Below are positions 8,871 through 18,935 of a stretch of 64,000 nt of DNA, in pieces. Source of the stretch: a virus; IMG/VR virus record IMGVR_UViG_3300020183_005033, positions 58,437-122,436 of that record, one strand, 5' to 3'. A program made the position numbers and the translations under genes. The notes under the pieces are model-generated. The model searched no databases, had not been told where the DNA came from, and saw only the letters and a list, made by a program, of their open reading frames with translations. Every line of letters starts with the position of its first letter. The first letter of the stretch is position 1.

Positions 8871-9422
8871 ATGGCAAACAAATTACCATCATTTCTCGAC
8901 GGAGCCAGACTCGTCATCAAGGTAGACGGTAAGCCGTTTGCTTTCTGCGAGGCTCTTAGCTTTTCAGACAATATGGCTTCTCAATTGACTATGGCGATTG
9001 GTTCATACAGCCCTCACACCAACGAGCCATTAATTTATTCCGCTCAGGCATCAATGAGAATCTTGCGTTATACAAAGTCGGCTCTTGGAGGGTCTAAGGA
9101 TATTCCCAACATGAAAGGAAAAGTAGACGCAATCAAAGCAACCGCAGGGCAGACAAAAGACAGGGCATCCGATGGTAACTCCATGATGATGCTCAATAGC
9201 TTTTCTCCTGTTAAGATGCTTCTTGAGTCCACCTTTGATGTAGAAGTCTTTACTCGTGTTGGAGAGAAGAATGCTCTTTCGGCCGTTCCCACTTACGTAA
9301 TGAGAGACTGCTTAATCACAGACCTTTCAATTCGTTTTTCTGTAGGTTCTTTGGTATCGGAAGACGTGTCTCTTCTTTGCCGTATGATTGAAGATAACGA
9401 TGAACGAATCACTAAGGCATAA
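8871..9422 (+). CDS. tail tube protein 1
   Basis: Follows sheath; PSFLDGARLVIKVDG...STFDVEV...MRDCLIT tube-like pattern. Confidence 0.75.
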   Translation: MANKLPSFLDGARLVIKVDGKPFAFCEALSFSDNMASQLTMAIGSYSPHTNEPLIYSAQASMRILRYTKSALGGSKDIPNMKGKVDAIKATAGQTKDRASDGNSMMMLNSFSPVKMLLESTFDVEVFTRVGEKNALSAVPTYVMRDCLITDLSIRFSVGSLVSEDVSLLCRMIEDNDERITKA

Positions 9423-9434
9423 AGGTAATTAACG

Positions 9435-10115
9435 ATGGCAGCTCAAACTCCATTTTTCATGTCTGGCCCACGCCTCCTCCTGAAGATTGACGGAGTTAAG
9501 GTTGCATACGCTGTTGGCCTAGACCTCCGAGTCAGCCGTAACGTACAGATTGTTAATACGCTCGGAAGTTTTGCTTCTGTAGCTATCCAAGCAACTATGT
9601 ATAACGGTGTATCTGGCAGTATGCAGATTGTTCGTCTTTTAGATAGTGATTCTCGTACAAAAACAGTTGCCGCTGCATCTGCAGCAGGAAAACAAAAATC
9701 AAACCCCGCTCTTTCCGCTGCCCCCGAACCAGCCTTGACGGGAATCAAAAATTCTGTAACAGACAGCGATTCGGCCTCATCAAATTCTTTGATTGCTGCT
9801 ACAGAGAATCTCAAAAAACACCTAGACCCTGCTTCTGTCTTGGCCTCATCGACATTTGATATCGAAGTATGGCAAATGTACCCAACAACTGATACGGTAG
9901 AGGCAGGAAAAGAACCTAGTTTGAACAATAAGGGAGTCCTAGTAAAACACTTTACTGTGCAAAATTGCAGACTCAACTCTCGTTCATCTAGTATTTCTGC
10001 TGGTCAGCTCTTGACTGAGTCGTTCAGCTTTACAGGCACTTTGTTGGTATCTGAAGACAGAAACGAGGGAGCAAGAGACGAAGCTGACTTATCAGGTTTT
10101 GGTTCGGCGGTCTAA
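9435..10115 (+). CDS. tail tube protein 2 (paralogue)
   Basis: PFFMSGPRLLLKIDG...STFDIEV...VQNCRLNSRS...LTESFSFTG; aligns by eye with 8871-9422. Confidence 0.75.
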   Translation: MAAQTPFFMSGPRLLLKIDGVKVAYAVGLDLRVSRNVQIVNTLGSFASVAIQATMYNGVSGSMQIVRLLDSDSRTKTVAAASAAGKQKSNPALSAAPEPALTGIKNSVTDSDSASSNSLIAATENLKKHLDPASVLASSTFDIEVWQMYPTTDTVEAGKEPSLNNKGVLVKHFTVQNCRLNSRSSSISAGQLLTESFSFTGTLLVSEDRNEGARDEADLSGFGSAV

Positions 10116-10148
10116 TTCGGCTTGACTCTTTAGTGCCCAATACGCTAA

Positions 10149-10185
10149 AATACCCTTAGACAGCCTCTAAGGGTATTCTTTTTTT
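10149..10185 (+). terminator. Rho-independent terminator after the sheath-tube-tube genes
   Basis: AATACCCTTAGA-cagcc-TCTAAGGGTATT 12-bp stem, then a T7 run. Confidence 0.85.
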
Positions 10186-10196
10186 GGAGTCATATC

Positions 10197-10520
10197 ATGA
10201 AGTTAGTACAACTGCCTAGAAACACTAGCAATAAATACTCTTCATCAGATACGACTCTAAAAACATTTGTCGTCCATCTAGTTGATGGCTCTGAATTGCA
10301 TGTGCGCGCAGTTAGTTGGCTTGTTGGTGACTATGGCAAAGTTTGTTTTTACATGCAATCTCCAGAAGAGATTGCAAAAATGAGCATGAAAGCTCAAGAG
10401 CCAATCGCTGTTTATGCAATTAAGCGCGGCCTCGTTGAAAGCGTTGCCGAAGAAGGCGCGGTGACTGTTACAGTTAAGAAACGTACTGCACGTAAAACAA
10501 AAAGAAGAGTTAAAAAATAA
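10197..10520 (+). CDS. hypothetical protein in tail region
   Basis: GGAG RBS; basic C-terminus. Confidence 0.6.
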   Translation: MKLVQLPRNTSNKYSSSDTTLKTFVVHLVDGSELHVRAVSWLVGDYGKVCFYMQSPEEIAKMSMKAQEPIAVYAIKRGLVESVAEEGAVTVTVKKRTARKTKRRVKK

Positions 10521-11044
10521 TGGCTTCATTCAGAAGTGTAATAAATAAAACACTAGACGATAGAATCTTGGCTGAAAATGACGCTGCCAGTCAGGGTAAA
10601 AACGTCGACGTTGTTTTTCCAAAATACTTCTCAGGTGCCAGAGCATATGTGACCGTCTCGGGAGAATTATTGGCTGTCTGTCAAGATTTTAACTATACGG
10701 TTGAGATTACCCCTGAAGAAACAAGAACAATTGATACCCATGTTCCATGGGATATTTCTGTAGGACAGGTATCTATTAGAGCGTCCCTTAGACAACTTGT
10801 AGATCCCGCAGACTCTCCGGAATCTCAAGGACTATGGTCAAACATGGCTGCAATTATTCATCAGCCATTGATCGAGCTTGAAGTGTTTGATAAGTTAGGT
10901 CAGAAAATGTTTTATGCACGTGGGATGTTTACTCGCATCTCAGGCAGTGTAACAATTGGGGCTTTGTCAAACAGAAGTATTGATTTTGTTGGAACGGCAT
11001 ATGCTCATAACGTGACTCAGAGTTTTGTTCCCTATAAAAAGTGA
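10520..11044 (+). CDS. third tube-fold protein
   Basis: PKYFSGARAYVTVSG shares the N-terminal motif of the two tube proteins. Confidence 0.6.
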   Translation: MASFRSVINKTLDDRILAENDAASQGKNVDVVFPKYFSGARAYVTVSGELLAVCQDFNYTVEITPEETRTIDTHVPWDISVGQVSIRASLRQLVDPADSPESQGLWSNMAAIIHQPLIELEVFDKLGQKMFYARGMFTRISGSVTIGALSNRSIDFVGTAYAHNVTQSFVPYKK

Positions 11045-11066
11045 TTTTTAATTTTGCAGGTGCATT

Positions 11067-11450
11067 ATGGAACCGTACTTGGCCGAACGTATAGAGGCCG
11101 CCAAGAAAAAAGCCAAACAAATTATTGACGGCAAGATTGATGACGAGAACGACTTGAGGCTCGTCTTTCAGTTTGTTTTGTGTCAAAAATACAGCATACC
11201 AATATTCTCGCCTTACTTTGAAGAAAGAACTCTTGACGAACTTATGTTTGAAGTCTATCTTCATAAAGAAGCCACTGTTAAGTCAGACCCAGAACTCGCC
11301 AAAGAAGAGGCTGCCGATTTTGTAAGAGAAGAGGCAAACAAAGACGAGTATTGGGAGGACTTAGACATGCAGACGGACGACGAGTTTTTGGAACAAGCAA
11401 AGAGAGATTTTGCAGCAAGAAAGGAAGGCGCAGATGAGCAGTCCACTTAA
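11067..11450 (+). CDS. putative tail assembly chaperone (T-like)
   Basis: Acidic, ...CQKYSIPIFSPYFEERTLDELMFEVYL; lies between tube and tape-measure genes. Confidence 0.5.
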   Translation: MEPYLAERIEAAKKKAKQIIDGKIDDENDLRLVFQFVLCQKYSIPIFSPYFEERTLDELMFEVYLHKEATVKSDPELAKEEAADFVREEANKDEYWEDLDMQTDDEFLEQAKRDFAARKEGADEQST

Positions 11451-11961
11451 TCCTGTAATTTTTGTTGAGTTGGATGTTGTTGGTACAACGACGGGCGAGA
11501 AGTACCAAGGTGTATTTGAACTCAAGAAATTCCTTTCTCACAGAGACATGACTGAGTCGTCCCGCGTAGCCAATAGGCTCTCAACTGGCTTGCGCCGCCC
11601 GCCATCCTACAGCGTGCCCAGCCTCTTGGCGGGCATCAAGGATGCCCTACAGAACATCCATGATGAAGTAGCTAACGGTCTTGATAACAAGGATAAGGTA
11701 GCTTTGGTGGCAAGTGACGAGGCAATCCGCCGCGTTATTGAAGGTATCTTGCCAGAATTAAAAGACATTGACCCACAAGCTGAGTTTATTCAGATGCTTG
11801 CAGTCCTCAATGCTCACGTCGTTAAGGCTCCTGATTGGTGGAAACCTAAAAATGAAGAACTAGGTGGCTATCACCTTCTTGACTATACACCCATTTTGGA
11901 ACTAAACCGTCAGTTGGCCGAGGCTCAACGCCCTGCCACTAAAGAAGAAAAAGACGAGTAA
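11434..11961 (+). CDS. putative tail assembly chaperone (G-like)
   Basis: GTTTGEKYQGVFELK...LNAHVVKAPDWW pattern; immediately upstream of tape measure. Confidence 0.55.
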   Translation: MSSPLNPVIFVELDVVGTTTGEKYQGVFELKKFLSHRDMTESSRVANRLSTGLRRPPSYSVPSLLAGIKDALQNIHDEVANGLDNKDKVALVASDEAIRRVIEGILPELKDIDPQAEFIQMLAVLNAHVVKAPDWWKPKNEELGGYHLLDYTPILELNRQLAEAQRPATKEEKDE

Positions 11962-11991
11962 GCCTTAAAATAAAAGCTGAGGAGAATCAGC

Positions 11992-14900
11992 TTGAGTCGC
12001 ATAAACGTAGACTTATCAGAATTACTAGCCCCCATTAGGCAGATGCGCGAAGAAATTCAGAAGATGAATGACGCGCTACGTCAAACCGTACAACTGCAAG
12101 CACAGATGGCCGCTCACCAAAGACAGGCGGCTAACTCTTATTCTCCCACCAAAGCTGGACTTTCTCTTCAAGTTCAAGATATGGTTGCTGTTCGTGGCGG
12201 CCCTACCTCCAATGTCTACTCTATTGGAACTGGCACTCCAATTCCGCCGTCTAATATTAACCCAACAGGCACCTCATTAGGTTCGCCACTCCCTAGTGCT
12301 CAGTGGCAATTATCTCGTGGGGGGGTGGGAATTGCCGCTGCGTTTGCAGGACAAGCGGGCTTTCAAAATGACTTGGCAGCCAAGAGAGAGCGTGAAGAGG
12401 CTGTTAAGATTCTGTCTGGTAGTGCAAACACAACTGCCAAGATTCTATTAGACGTATCTAAAAAATTTGAACAAGAAAGAGCGGCCGCCTCTGATGCCCT
12501 TAAAAAAGCAACGGAAGAATATGGACAGGCTTCTGAAGCGGGAGCCAAAGACCTAGCTAAATTTGCCAAAGAATTAGACCAAGCAGCAAAAAATTTTAAT
12601 AAAGTAAATCAAAAAGTTGAGCAGTTTTCTGAAACTGTAGATGACTTTATCAAACAAGGCGGCGGAGACGGTGGGGAGCCTCCTAAGCCACCTCCCACTT
12701 TGCGTGATTTGTTTGGAAATTTAACGGGCGGCGAAAAAGCTTTAGCTATTGGCGGCGGTTTAGCAAAAATCGCTTCAATTGGATTGAAGGGGTATGGGGA
12801 ATATCAAGGCTTTAGAGCCTTGGGAATGGAGCAAGATGTTTCGGTTAGGTCAGGATTGGCCAGAGACATTGTTTCTGTAAATCAAGCCAGATATCAAGAA
12901 TATATGGCGCAAGTGGCTCCAACCACGGGAGAGCAGTTTTTACGTGCTTATGGAAATCTTTTAACCCCTGGTAAAAATACATTTAAATTTTTAGGAGTTG
13001 GAAATAGAAATAGATTACAAAACGAAGCCTCTTATTATGCCAACTTAGACCGACAAGCAGAAAAAGCGCGACTTGATGAAGAGTTTTATAAGGGAGCCGG
13101 AGGAGTAGCGGGAGCTGCAGGCGCTGCCGGATTGGGTACCTTTTTGGCAACCAAGGGCGGTCAGCAGCTTATTCAAACTCAGTTGGCAAAAATGGCAGCC
13201 AAGGCTGGAGCGGGAACCGTACTTGGCACTATTGCACCCGGTGTTGGTAACTTTATTGGTGGAATTGGTGGAACGACACTCGGACTAGCGTCCGGTGCGT
13301 ATGCTCTTTATCAAGGTTATCAACTTTATAAGACTTCTGAACAAAGAGCAGCTACGACAAGAACAGGACTAGAGGGGGGCGGAACTTCCTTTGCCGGCGC
13401 TCCTGAAATGGCAATTCGCGGTCAACAAATTGCCAGAATGGCCGAAGTCGAAAAATTAAAAGAAGAGTATAGACAAGAAGAGTTGTCAACAATTCAAGCC
13501 AAAAGATTGTCAATGGGGCTTGACGAAAACATAGCTGCAATGAGAATGAGGACTGCTGCTACTGTTATGGCAGGCGGCGCAGCAGTTTCTGGTTTTGAAA
13601 TGTTTAGAGGAATGCCACAAGCCAGAGCCGAAGCGATTGCCGATAGATACGCAAGGCTAGGTTATTCAGTTCCAGAAGTTGGGCAAATCTATAATACCTA
13701 TGCAGGTATGATGGGTACGACTCGCGGAGCGGATAGGCTCCTTGGGTTAAGTCGTGCAGGCGTCGGTTCCGTAGAACAAATGGCATCAACCGTATTAGGC
13801 ATTTCAGCAGTATCAGGTAAACAAGGTGACACCAAACAGCTAGAGAATATCTTTGCTAAGGCTTTTGAGTCTGGACTTAAGGGTGCTCCAGCTATTCAAA
13901 GATTCTCCCAAGCAGCTATGGAAATGTCCCAAGCTTTAAAGATTCAGTCAGCCACAGGAGCTGCAGGATTCTTGTCTCAATTGACAGGAGCGATGAGAGG
14001 AACAAGCGGCTCAGCCATGATGTACATGGAAGAGGCTAAGTCTGGTTTGGCAGGACTTGCCGGAGTTACCGGAGCCACAACTGGCCTCATGGGAACATTA
14101 AAAGTTCTTTCTGGAGCAGGCGCTGGCTTGACCATGGGGACAGGTCTTGGCCTAGTTAGTCGTTCTAATGTCGTTCAGGTTCAGGAAGCATTGCAACAAT
14201 TATCTGCAGGCGGCGACTACAAAAAATTAACAGGTCTTGCGCGTGAAATGGTCGGTGCTCAGATTTCTTCAGGAGCTACACCAGAAGCAGCCATGGCAAA
14301 TGTTCGTAGACAATTACAAGCTCAGTCTGCGGCTCAAGTATCTCCATTTGCTGCAGATTTTAAAAGAAGAACAGGACGAGACTTTTCATCAATACAAGCG
14401 GAGGCCAAAGCACTTCTTAAGAAGGGAGATGCCGAAGGTCTTAAAAACCTGATGGCACACTTCAAAGATGTATCCACTGGAATGGCGGGATTAGAGGCTG
14501 AAGGTTCTGCAGCGGCTCTTTTGTTGTCAGGCGTAGACCCCGGCGATTTTAAAAAAGGCAAAAATATACTCGCTCAAGAAAAGGGCAAGGGCGCTGCTGT
14601 AGCTGCAGCAGACTTTACTACTGTTAACTACAAAAGAATGCTTAATAAGGCAGCTATTGATGCCTCTAGCGGAATAAATAGAGACGTAACAGATAAAGAG
14701 CTAATTGAAACGGCTAAGGGAATGGGTCTTAAAGGAACTGACCAAGAGTTAATTCAACAACTCAAGGGTGCTGCTGGAGTTAAGCCCGGAGAGCAGATGA
14801 CTTTCTCAAAGTTAACAACAGCAATGTCTCTTCTCTCCGATACCGAAGGAGTTCGTGCTCAGAATACAGTCATTCAGAGTTTTGGTGATAAGGCTTTAGA

Positions 14901-15033
14901 ACAACTTGCAGACGCCATGAAAGGCAAAGCGTCGGGCGGAGGCTTAAACACTAAAGCAGGAGTTGGCGCAAACCCACTTCCTAATTCAGATTTTGCTAAA
15001 GATAGGGTAGACTTTTTGAAATCATTAAAATAA
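11992..15033 (+). CDS. tape measure protein
   Basis: 1013-aa Ala/Gly-rich helical protein in the canonical position after tube and chaperones; GAGGAG RBS with TTG start. Confidence 0.8.
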   Translation: MSRINVDLSELLAPIRQMREEIQKMNDALRQTVQLQAQMAAHQRQAANSYSPTKAGLSLQVQDMVAVRGGPTSNVYSIGTGTPIPPSNINPTGTSLGSPLPSAQWQLSRGGVGIAAAFAGQAGFQNDLAAKREREEAVKILSGSANTTAKILLDVSKKFEQERAAASDALKKATEEYGQASEAGAKDLAKFAKELDQAAKNFNKVNQKVEQFSETVDDFIKQGGGDGGEPPKPPPTLRDLFGNLTGGEKALAIGGGLAKIASIGLKGYGEYQGFRALGMEQDVSVRSGLARDIVSVNQARYQEYMAQVAPTTGEQFLRAYGNLLTPGKNTFKFLGVGNRNRLQNEASYYANLDRQAEKARLDEEFYKGAGGVAGAAGAAGLGTFLATKGGQQLIQTQLAKMAAKAGAGTVLGTIAPGVGNFIGGIGGTTLGLASGAYALYQGYQLYKTSEQRAATTRTGLEGGGTSFAGAPEMAIRGQQIARMAEVEKLKEEYRQEELSTIQAKRLSMGLDENIAAMRMRTAATVMAGGAAVSGFEMFRGMPQARAEAIADRYARLGYSVPEVGQIYNTYAGMMGTTRGADRLLGLSRAGVGSVEQMASTVLGISAVSGKQGDTKQLENIFAKAFESGLKGAPAIQRFSQAAMEMSQALKIQSATGAAGFLSQLTGAMRGTSGSAMMYMEEAKSGLAGLAGVTGATTGLMGTLKVLSGAGAGLTMGTGLGLVSRSNVVQVQEALQQLSAGGDYKKLTGLAREMVGAQISSGATPEAAMANVRRQLQAQSAAQVSPFAADFKRRTGRDFSSIQAEAKALLKKGDAEGLKNLMAHFKDVSTGMAGLEAEGSAAALLLSGVDPGDFKKGKNILAQEKGKGAAVAAADFTTVNYKRMLNKAAIDASSGINRDVTDKELIETAKGMGLKGTDQELIQQLKGAAGVKPGEQMTFSKLTTAMSLLSDTEGVRAQNTVIQSFGDKALEQLADAMKGKASGGGLNTKAGVGANPLPNSDFAKDRVDFLKSLK

Positions 15034-15057
15034 AGTGATTATTAAATAGAGGTTTTT

Positions 15058-16950
15058 ATGAAAGTAAAATATGTAACAAACTCAACAAGATGGGACATAA
15101 TCTTATTTGATTATGTTGATGACGTTCCTGAGCCAACAACAAACCCAAATGTAAAAGTTTATAGCGGTAACAGAGGAGTTGTGTCAGTTGGTATTTCTCG
15201 CTCTAAAGCTTCTATACAAAATACTGCTAGTATTCAGGTGGTCGGTGACCTAAACGCCGCTTACTCAATTGGTAATTGGGTAATCATTAAATCAAAAGTT
15301 GGAAAATTTACAGAAAAAGAAGATTCTAGTTTTCCGGGAGTGTCGCCTCTTAAGGAAGGTATTATTCGTTTTGTTGGACAAATTACAACCATTGAAAATA
15401 CCTATGCGGTTCAAAGTTCTGGACTTTTGACCAAACAGGCAACCATTCATATTAGAGAGTGGTCAAGCTTGCTCAACATCCCTGTTAGAATTGATGCTTA
15501 TTCTTTTTCTAGCTTTTTCAATCAGACGAAGGAAGTGATAGGTCGTACTGACGTAATCTCCGCTGCATTAAAATCCCCTCAGATTAATGTAGGAGAGTTG
15601 GCTGGTAAACTAGTTGACCCCTTCATGGGAGCGGGTATGGTTTTGGCCATTATTGGCGGCCTAAATACAGACCCACAAACAGGTGCCAATCTTGGAGCAG
15701 AGCTAGGAGAATTTTCAAAGCTCATCAGTGTATCTAAATTAACATCTAGAATGCCCTGTGTCCCTAGAGAGCTTTTAGATTATCTAAAACTACCTAAATC
15801 AACTCAGACAAATAATGCTTTTTCTACAGGTTTTACAAACACGCTTTTAGGCGTTATGTACGCAAACACAACTTTTGAAGCCTCAAAAAAGGGAACGCTA
15901 GGGGGATATAGCGAAGAAAAACGTGACCCCAAGTCATTTAAGGGGTATTTTAAAAGTTATGACCAGCTTAAGTCAATGTTTTCTAATTATCAAGATAGGC
16001 CAGTAAATACAAACTTTTTTTCTACCCTGGGAAATGGCTCATCGGCCTGGAGTCTTATCCAAGAGCACATAGATACGACTTTTAATGAAGCGTTTACTGA
16101 TATTTGGTATTTTAAAACCGAATCAGGAGAGACAACGTCTTTACCCATGATTGTTTTAAGAGACAAACCTTTTGCCCTTAAAGCTTTTTTAACAGACCCA
16201 GACAATCAAATTAAGCACACAAAATGGACAGCTTTTGACGATTTGCCCAGAATCTTTGTAGATGATGCACATATTCAGGCTGTATCGACAACTAATACGT
16301 TTTTTACAAGTCCTAACTTTATTATGCCCGACATTCAGTCTGGTAATGTGGGGGCATCTAGACCGGATGACCCCGTAATTGCTTATACAAATGCAGCTCA
16401 TCGTATTGTAGACGAAGGCGCTATTGATAGATTTGGAACTATTGAACACTATTGGAATACTGTCTATAGTGCTCCAATTTCAAAAATAAAAGAAGCGGGA
16501 CAGGACGTTGTTTACACTCCTTGGTTTGAGGATACCAAAAAACTAATGTATTACTGGCACGCATTGAGTTACCGATTTGGTAATGCTCAGTTAGCCATGA
16601 AAGATAATGACTTGCCAATTATGGTTGGTTGTAATATGTCTTTTCCGATGGGCGAGAATGTTTTGTGCGGCCATGTGGAGTCAGTTCGCTGGAGTTTTAG
16701 TATTGCTATGGACGGAACGGCCTCAACATCAACAAGTGTTCAGTTGTCTTACTTGTGCAAGGTAAAAGACGATGGAGAACTGACTCTAATTGGCCCGGCA
16801 GGTTTTACAGACTTGTTTGACCCAGAACTTGCTGATCAGGATATTAAAGAAACATTTAAGTTTCCTGAATTTAAAGGAAAGGTTCCAGAGTTAGACAATT
16901 TAATGTCAAAATTAAAAGTACCTAAAATACCGAAAGTGCCGTTTTCATGA
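15058..16950 (+). CDS. baseplate hub-like protein
   Basis: Between TMP and spike; NEAFTD...PMIVLRDKPF, AIDRFG, GHVESVRWSF pattern. Confidence 0.6.
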   Translation: MKVKYVTNSTRWDIILFDYVDDVPEPTTNPNVKVYSGNRGVVSVGISRSKASIQNTASIQVVGDLNAAYSIGNWVIIKSKVGKFTEKEDSSFPGVSPLKEGIIRFVGQITTIENTYAVQSSGLLTKQATIHIREWSSLLNIPVRIDAYSFSSFFNQTKEVIGRTDVISAALKSPQINVGELAGKLVDPFMGAGMVLAIIGGLNTDPQTGANLGAELGEFSKLISVSKLTSRMPCVPRELLDYLKLPKSTQTNNAFSTGFTNTLLGVMYANTTFEASKKGTLGGYSEEKRDPKSFKGYFKSYDQLKSMFSNYQDRPVNTNFFSTLGNGSSAWSLIQEHIDTTFNEAFTDIWYFKTESGETTSLPMIVLRDKPFALKAFLTDPDNQIKHTKWTAFDDLPRIFVDDAHIQAVSTTNTFFTSPNFIMPDIQSGNVGASRPDDPVIAYTNAAHRIVDEGAIDRFGTIEHYWNTVYSAPISKIKEAGQDVVYTPWFEDTKKLMYYWHALSYRFGNAQLAMKDNDLPIMVGCNMSFPMGENVLCGHVESVRWSFSIAMDGTASTSTSVQLSYLCKVKDDGELTLIGPAGFTDLFDPELADQDIKETFKFPEFKGKVPELDNLMSKLKVPKIPKVPFS

Positions 16951-17819
16951 GTAATATACCTTACACTCCATCTATTTCTGTAGGTGAGATAGTCGCTGTT
17001 CAGGAGCCGACTTCCGATACAGATACTATATTAAAGTATCTTGTTAGAATTGAGATAACAAATGGTGCAAGCACTTTTGTCTCAAGTGTTATATCGTCAA
17101 CAGCTATTGGTGGCATTGCAGACGGTCTTAAGGTATACAGAAGACCAACCGTCGTAGATGGTAAATCTTATGCCGTAGACGACAAAACACCCTTCGGCGT
17201 TGGCGAGAGAGTTATTGTCGCCTTCATTAATAATGATATGCGACGTGGTGTAATTATTGGTGGATACAACAGAGTTATAGACCTTATTGAGCTTCCGGAA
17301 CCAGAAGAGAAGAAGCCTCAGATGAGGTTTCAGTATCTTGGTATGATTTTTGATATTGACACCAAGGGTCAGCTCACGATTACTCATACAGGTGCTCCCA
17401 AAATTACAAGTAGCCCAAAAGATGTGCCTAAAATTGATGAGAAAAAAGTCTCAACTCTAATATTTAAAGACGACTCTAGTTTTGTGTTTGTTGACGCCAA
17501 TAAACAGTCTATTAAAGTTGACTCAACTAATAAAAAAATTGAACTGACCTCAGACAAAGAAAAAGTCTCTATAGACCAAAAGGGCACCATCAAAGTCGAA
17601 GCTTCTAAACAGGTTATTGTCAAGGCTCCCAAGGTGGCTTTGGGTACGTCTTCGACGGAATTACTTGATTTAATTGATAAATTGTTAGAGGCACTTCAGA
17701 AAGCTGCACCTCAGCTAGTACAGACCGCGGTAGGCCCAGGAGCCATGGACCCTAATCTCATCTCAGCAATCGTAGAAACAAAGACAAGCCTTGCCAAAAT
17801 TAAAGGCAAGGTAGAATGA
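16947..17819 (+). CDS. baseplate central spike (gpV/gp5-like, no lysozyme domain seen)
   Basis: OB-fold motif VGERVIVAFINNDMRRGVIIG followed by short beta repeats. Confidence 0.7.
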   Translation: MSNIPYTPSISVGEIVAVQEPTSDTDTILKYLVRIEITNGASTFVSSVISSTAIGGIADGLKVYRRPTVVDGKSYAVDDKTPFGVGERVIVAFINNDMRRGVIIGGYNRVIDLIELPEPEEKKPQMRFQYLGMIFDIDTKGQLTITHTGAPKITSSPKDVPKIDEKKVSTLIFKDDSSFVFVDANKQSIKVDSTNKKIELTSDKEKVSIDQKGTIKVEASKQVIVKAPKVALGTSSTELLDLIDKLLEALQKAAPQLVQTAVGPGAMDPNLISAIVETKTSLAKIKGKVE

Positions 17820-17853
17820 ACCATGTCTCTTAAAATAGATATGGGGAGTAAAG

Positions 17854-18927
17854 ATGAACTTAAAGTCATTAATAAAACAAGGCGTTGATAAGCTAAAAAG
17901 CAAACTAGGCGCTAAGCCAAAAGACGACCCCAATTCAGTTGGCAAGTTACTTAAATCTGCCTATCCAGACAAAAGTGGCTTTTATACTGTTACAGCTGAA
18001 GATTGGTATAAAACCTATCCTTATAGATTCAAAATGATTATTAAAGGTAAGCCCACTTATTATTCGCTTCCTATTCCGCCAGAAGCTTTAAGCTATCAAA
18101 TGGTGTCGGCTTCTCAGCTTATCCCCACTCTTGGCGGAGTTGTTGAAGAAACATCTAAAACAGTCTTTTGGCAAATTGCTTTGTCAGGAACAACCGGAAT
18201 TGGAATTAGTCGTCCTTACACCGAAGATAAAGATATTTTGGATAAACCTGCGTCCGGTGAAAGCAACTTTAGAACAGTCTTAAAGGGTGGCCTACTTGCA
18301 AATACTTTTAACAAAGCCGTCAATGCAGTAGATGCCGTTAAGGGTGCTTGGGGACAAGGAGCTGAGGGTGCTGCTTTTGGTTTGTTGGAAGGATTGGCCT
18401 CAACAGCCCAAAGATACAACACGTCTGCCGTCCGAAATGCTATTCCGGAAGAGAGTACAGGCTCAAGACTCGCCAGCGCTGTCGGACTTGACTTTTCTCG
18501 CTTTCAAACTCTTAAGCCAAACGCAACTAATGGCTATGTTGAGATTCATCTTCTTCATTCTTTTTTGAACGCATATTCGCATCTTAAAGAAAATGATACA
18601 GAAAACGTAAGTCTTTATTTTGAATCACAAAAAGATAATATGCAATGGCAAGTCATCATAAAGAATTTTGCATTTCAGAAAAACGCAAATCAGCCTTATT
18701 TGTACAAATACAACATTGTGCTGCAAGGTTTTGACCTTAACCAAGTTGGCGGAACGGCCAGAGTCGCTGTAGATAGATTTGGAGCAGATGGTGACCTTGG
18801 AAGCGTTAGTTCGTTTACCTTAAGCGGCTCGCTGCAAAGAGCGAAAGCTCTTCAAAGAAAACTCGAAGGCGCTCAAAGCGTTGGCGGCTACGTCGGACTA
18901 ATTTCATCTAAACCACCAATTATTTAA
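17854..18927 (+). CDS. baseplate/tube-initiator-like protein
   Basis: LPIPPEALS...IPTLGGVVEE...IALSGTTG...PYLYKYNIVL; baseplate context. Confidence 0.5.
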   Translation: MNLKSLIKQGVDKLKSKLGAKPKDDPNSVGKLLKSAYPDKSGFYTVTAEDWYKTYPYRFKMIIKGKPTYYSLPIPPEALSYQMVSASQLIPTLGGVVEETSKTVFWQIALSGTTGIGISRPYTEDKDILDKPASGESNFRTVLKGGLLANTFNKAVNAVDAVKGAWGQGAEGAAFGLLEGLASTAQRYNTSAVRNAIPEESTGSRLASAVGLDFSRFQTLKPNATNGYVEIHLLHSFLNAYSHLKENDTENVSLYFESQKDNMQWQVIIKNFAFQKNANQPYLYKYNIVLQGFDLNQVGGTARVAVDRFGADGDLGSVSSFTLSGSLQRAKALQRKLEGAQSVGGYVGLISSKPPII

Positions 18928-18935
18928 GGTTTTCA

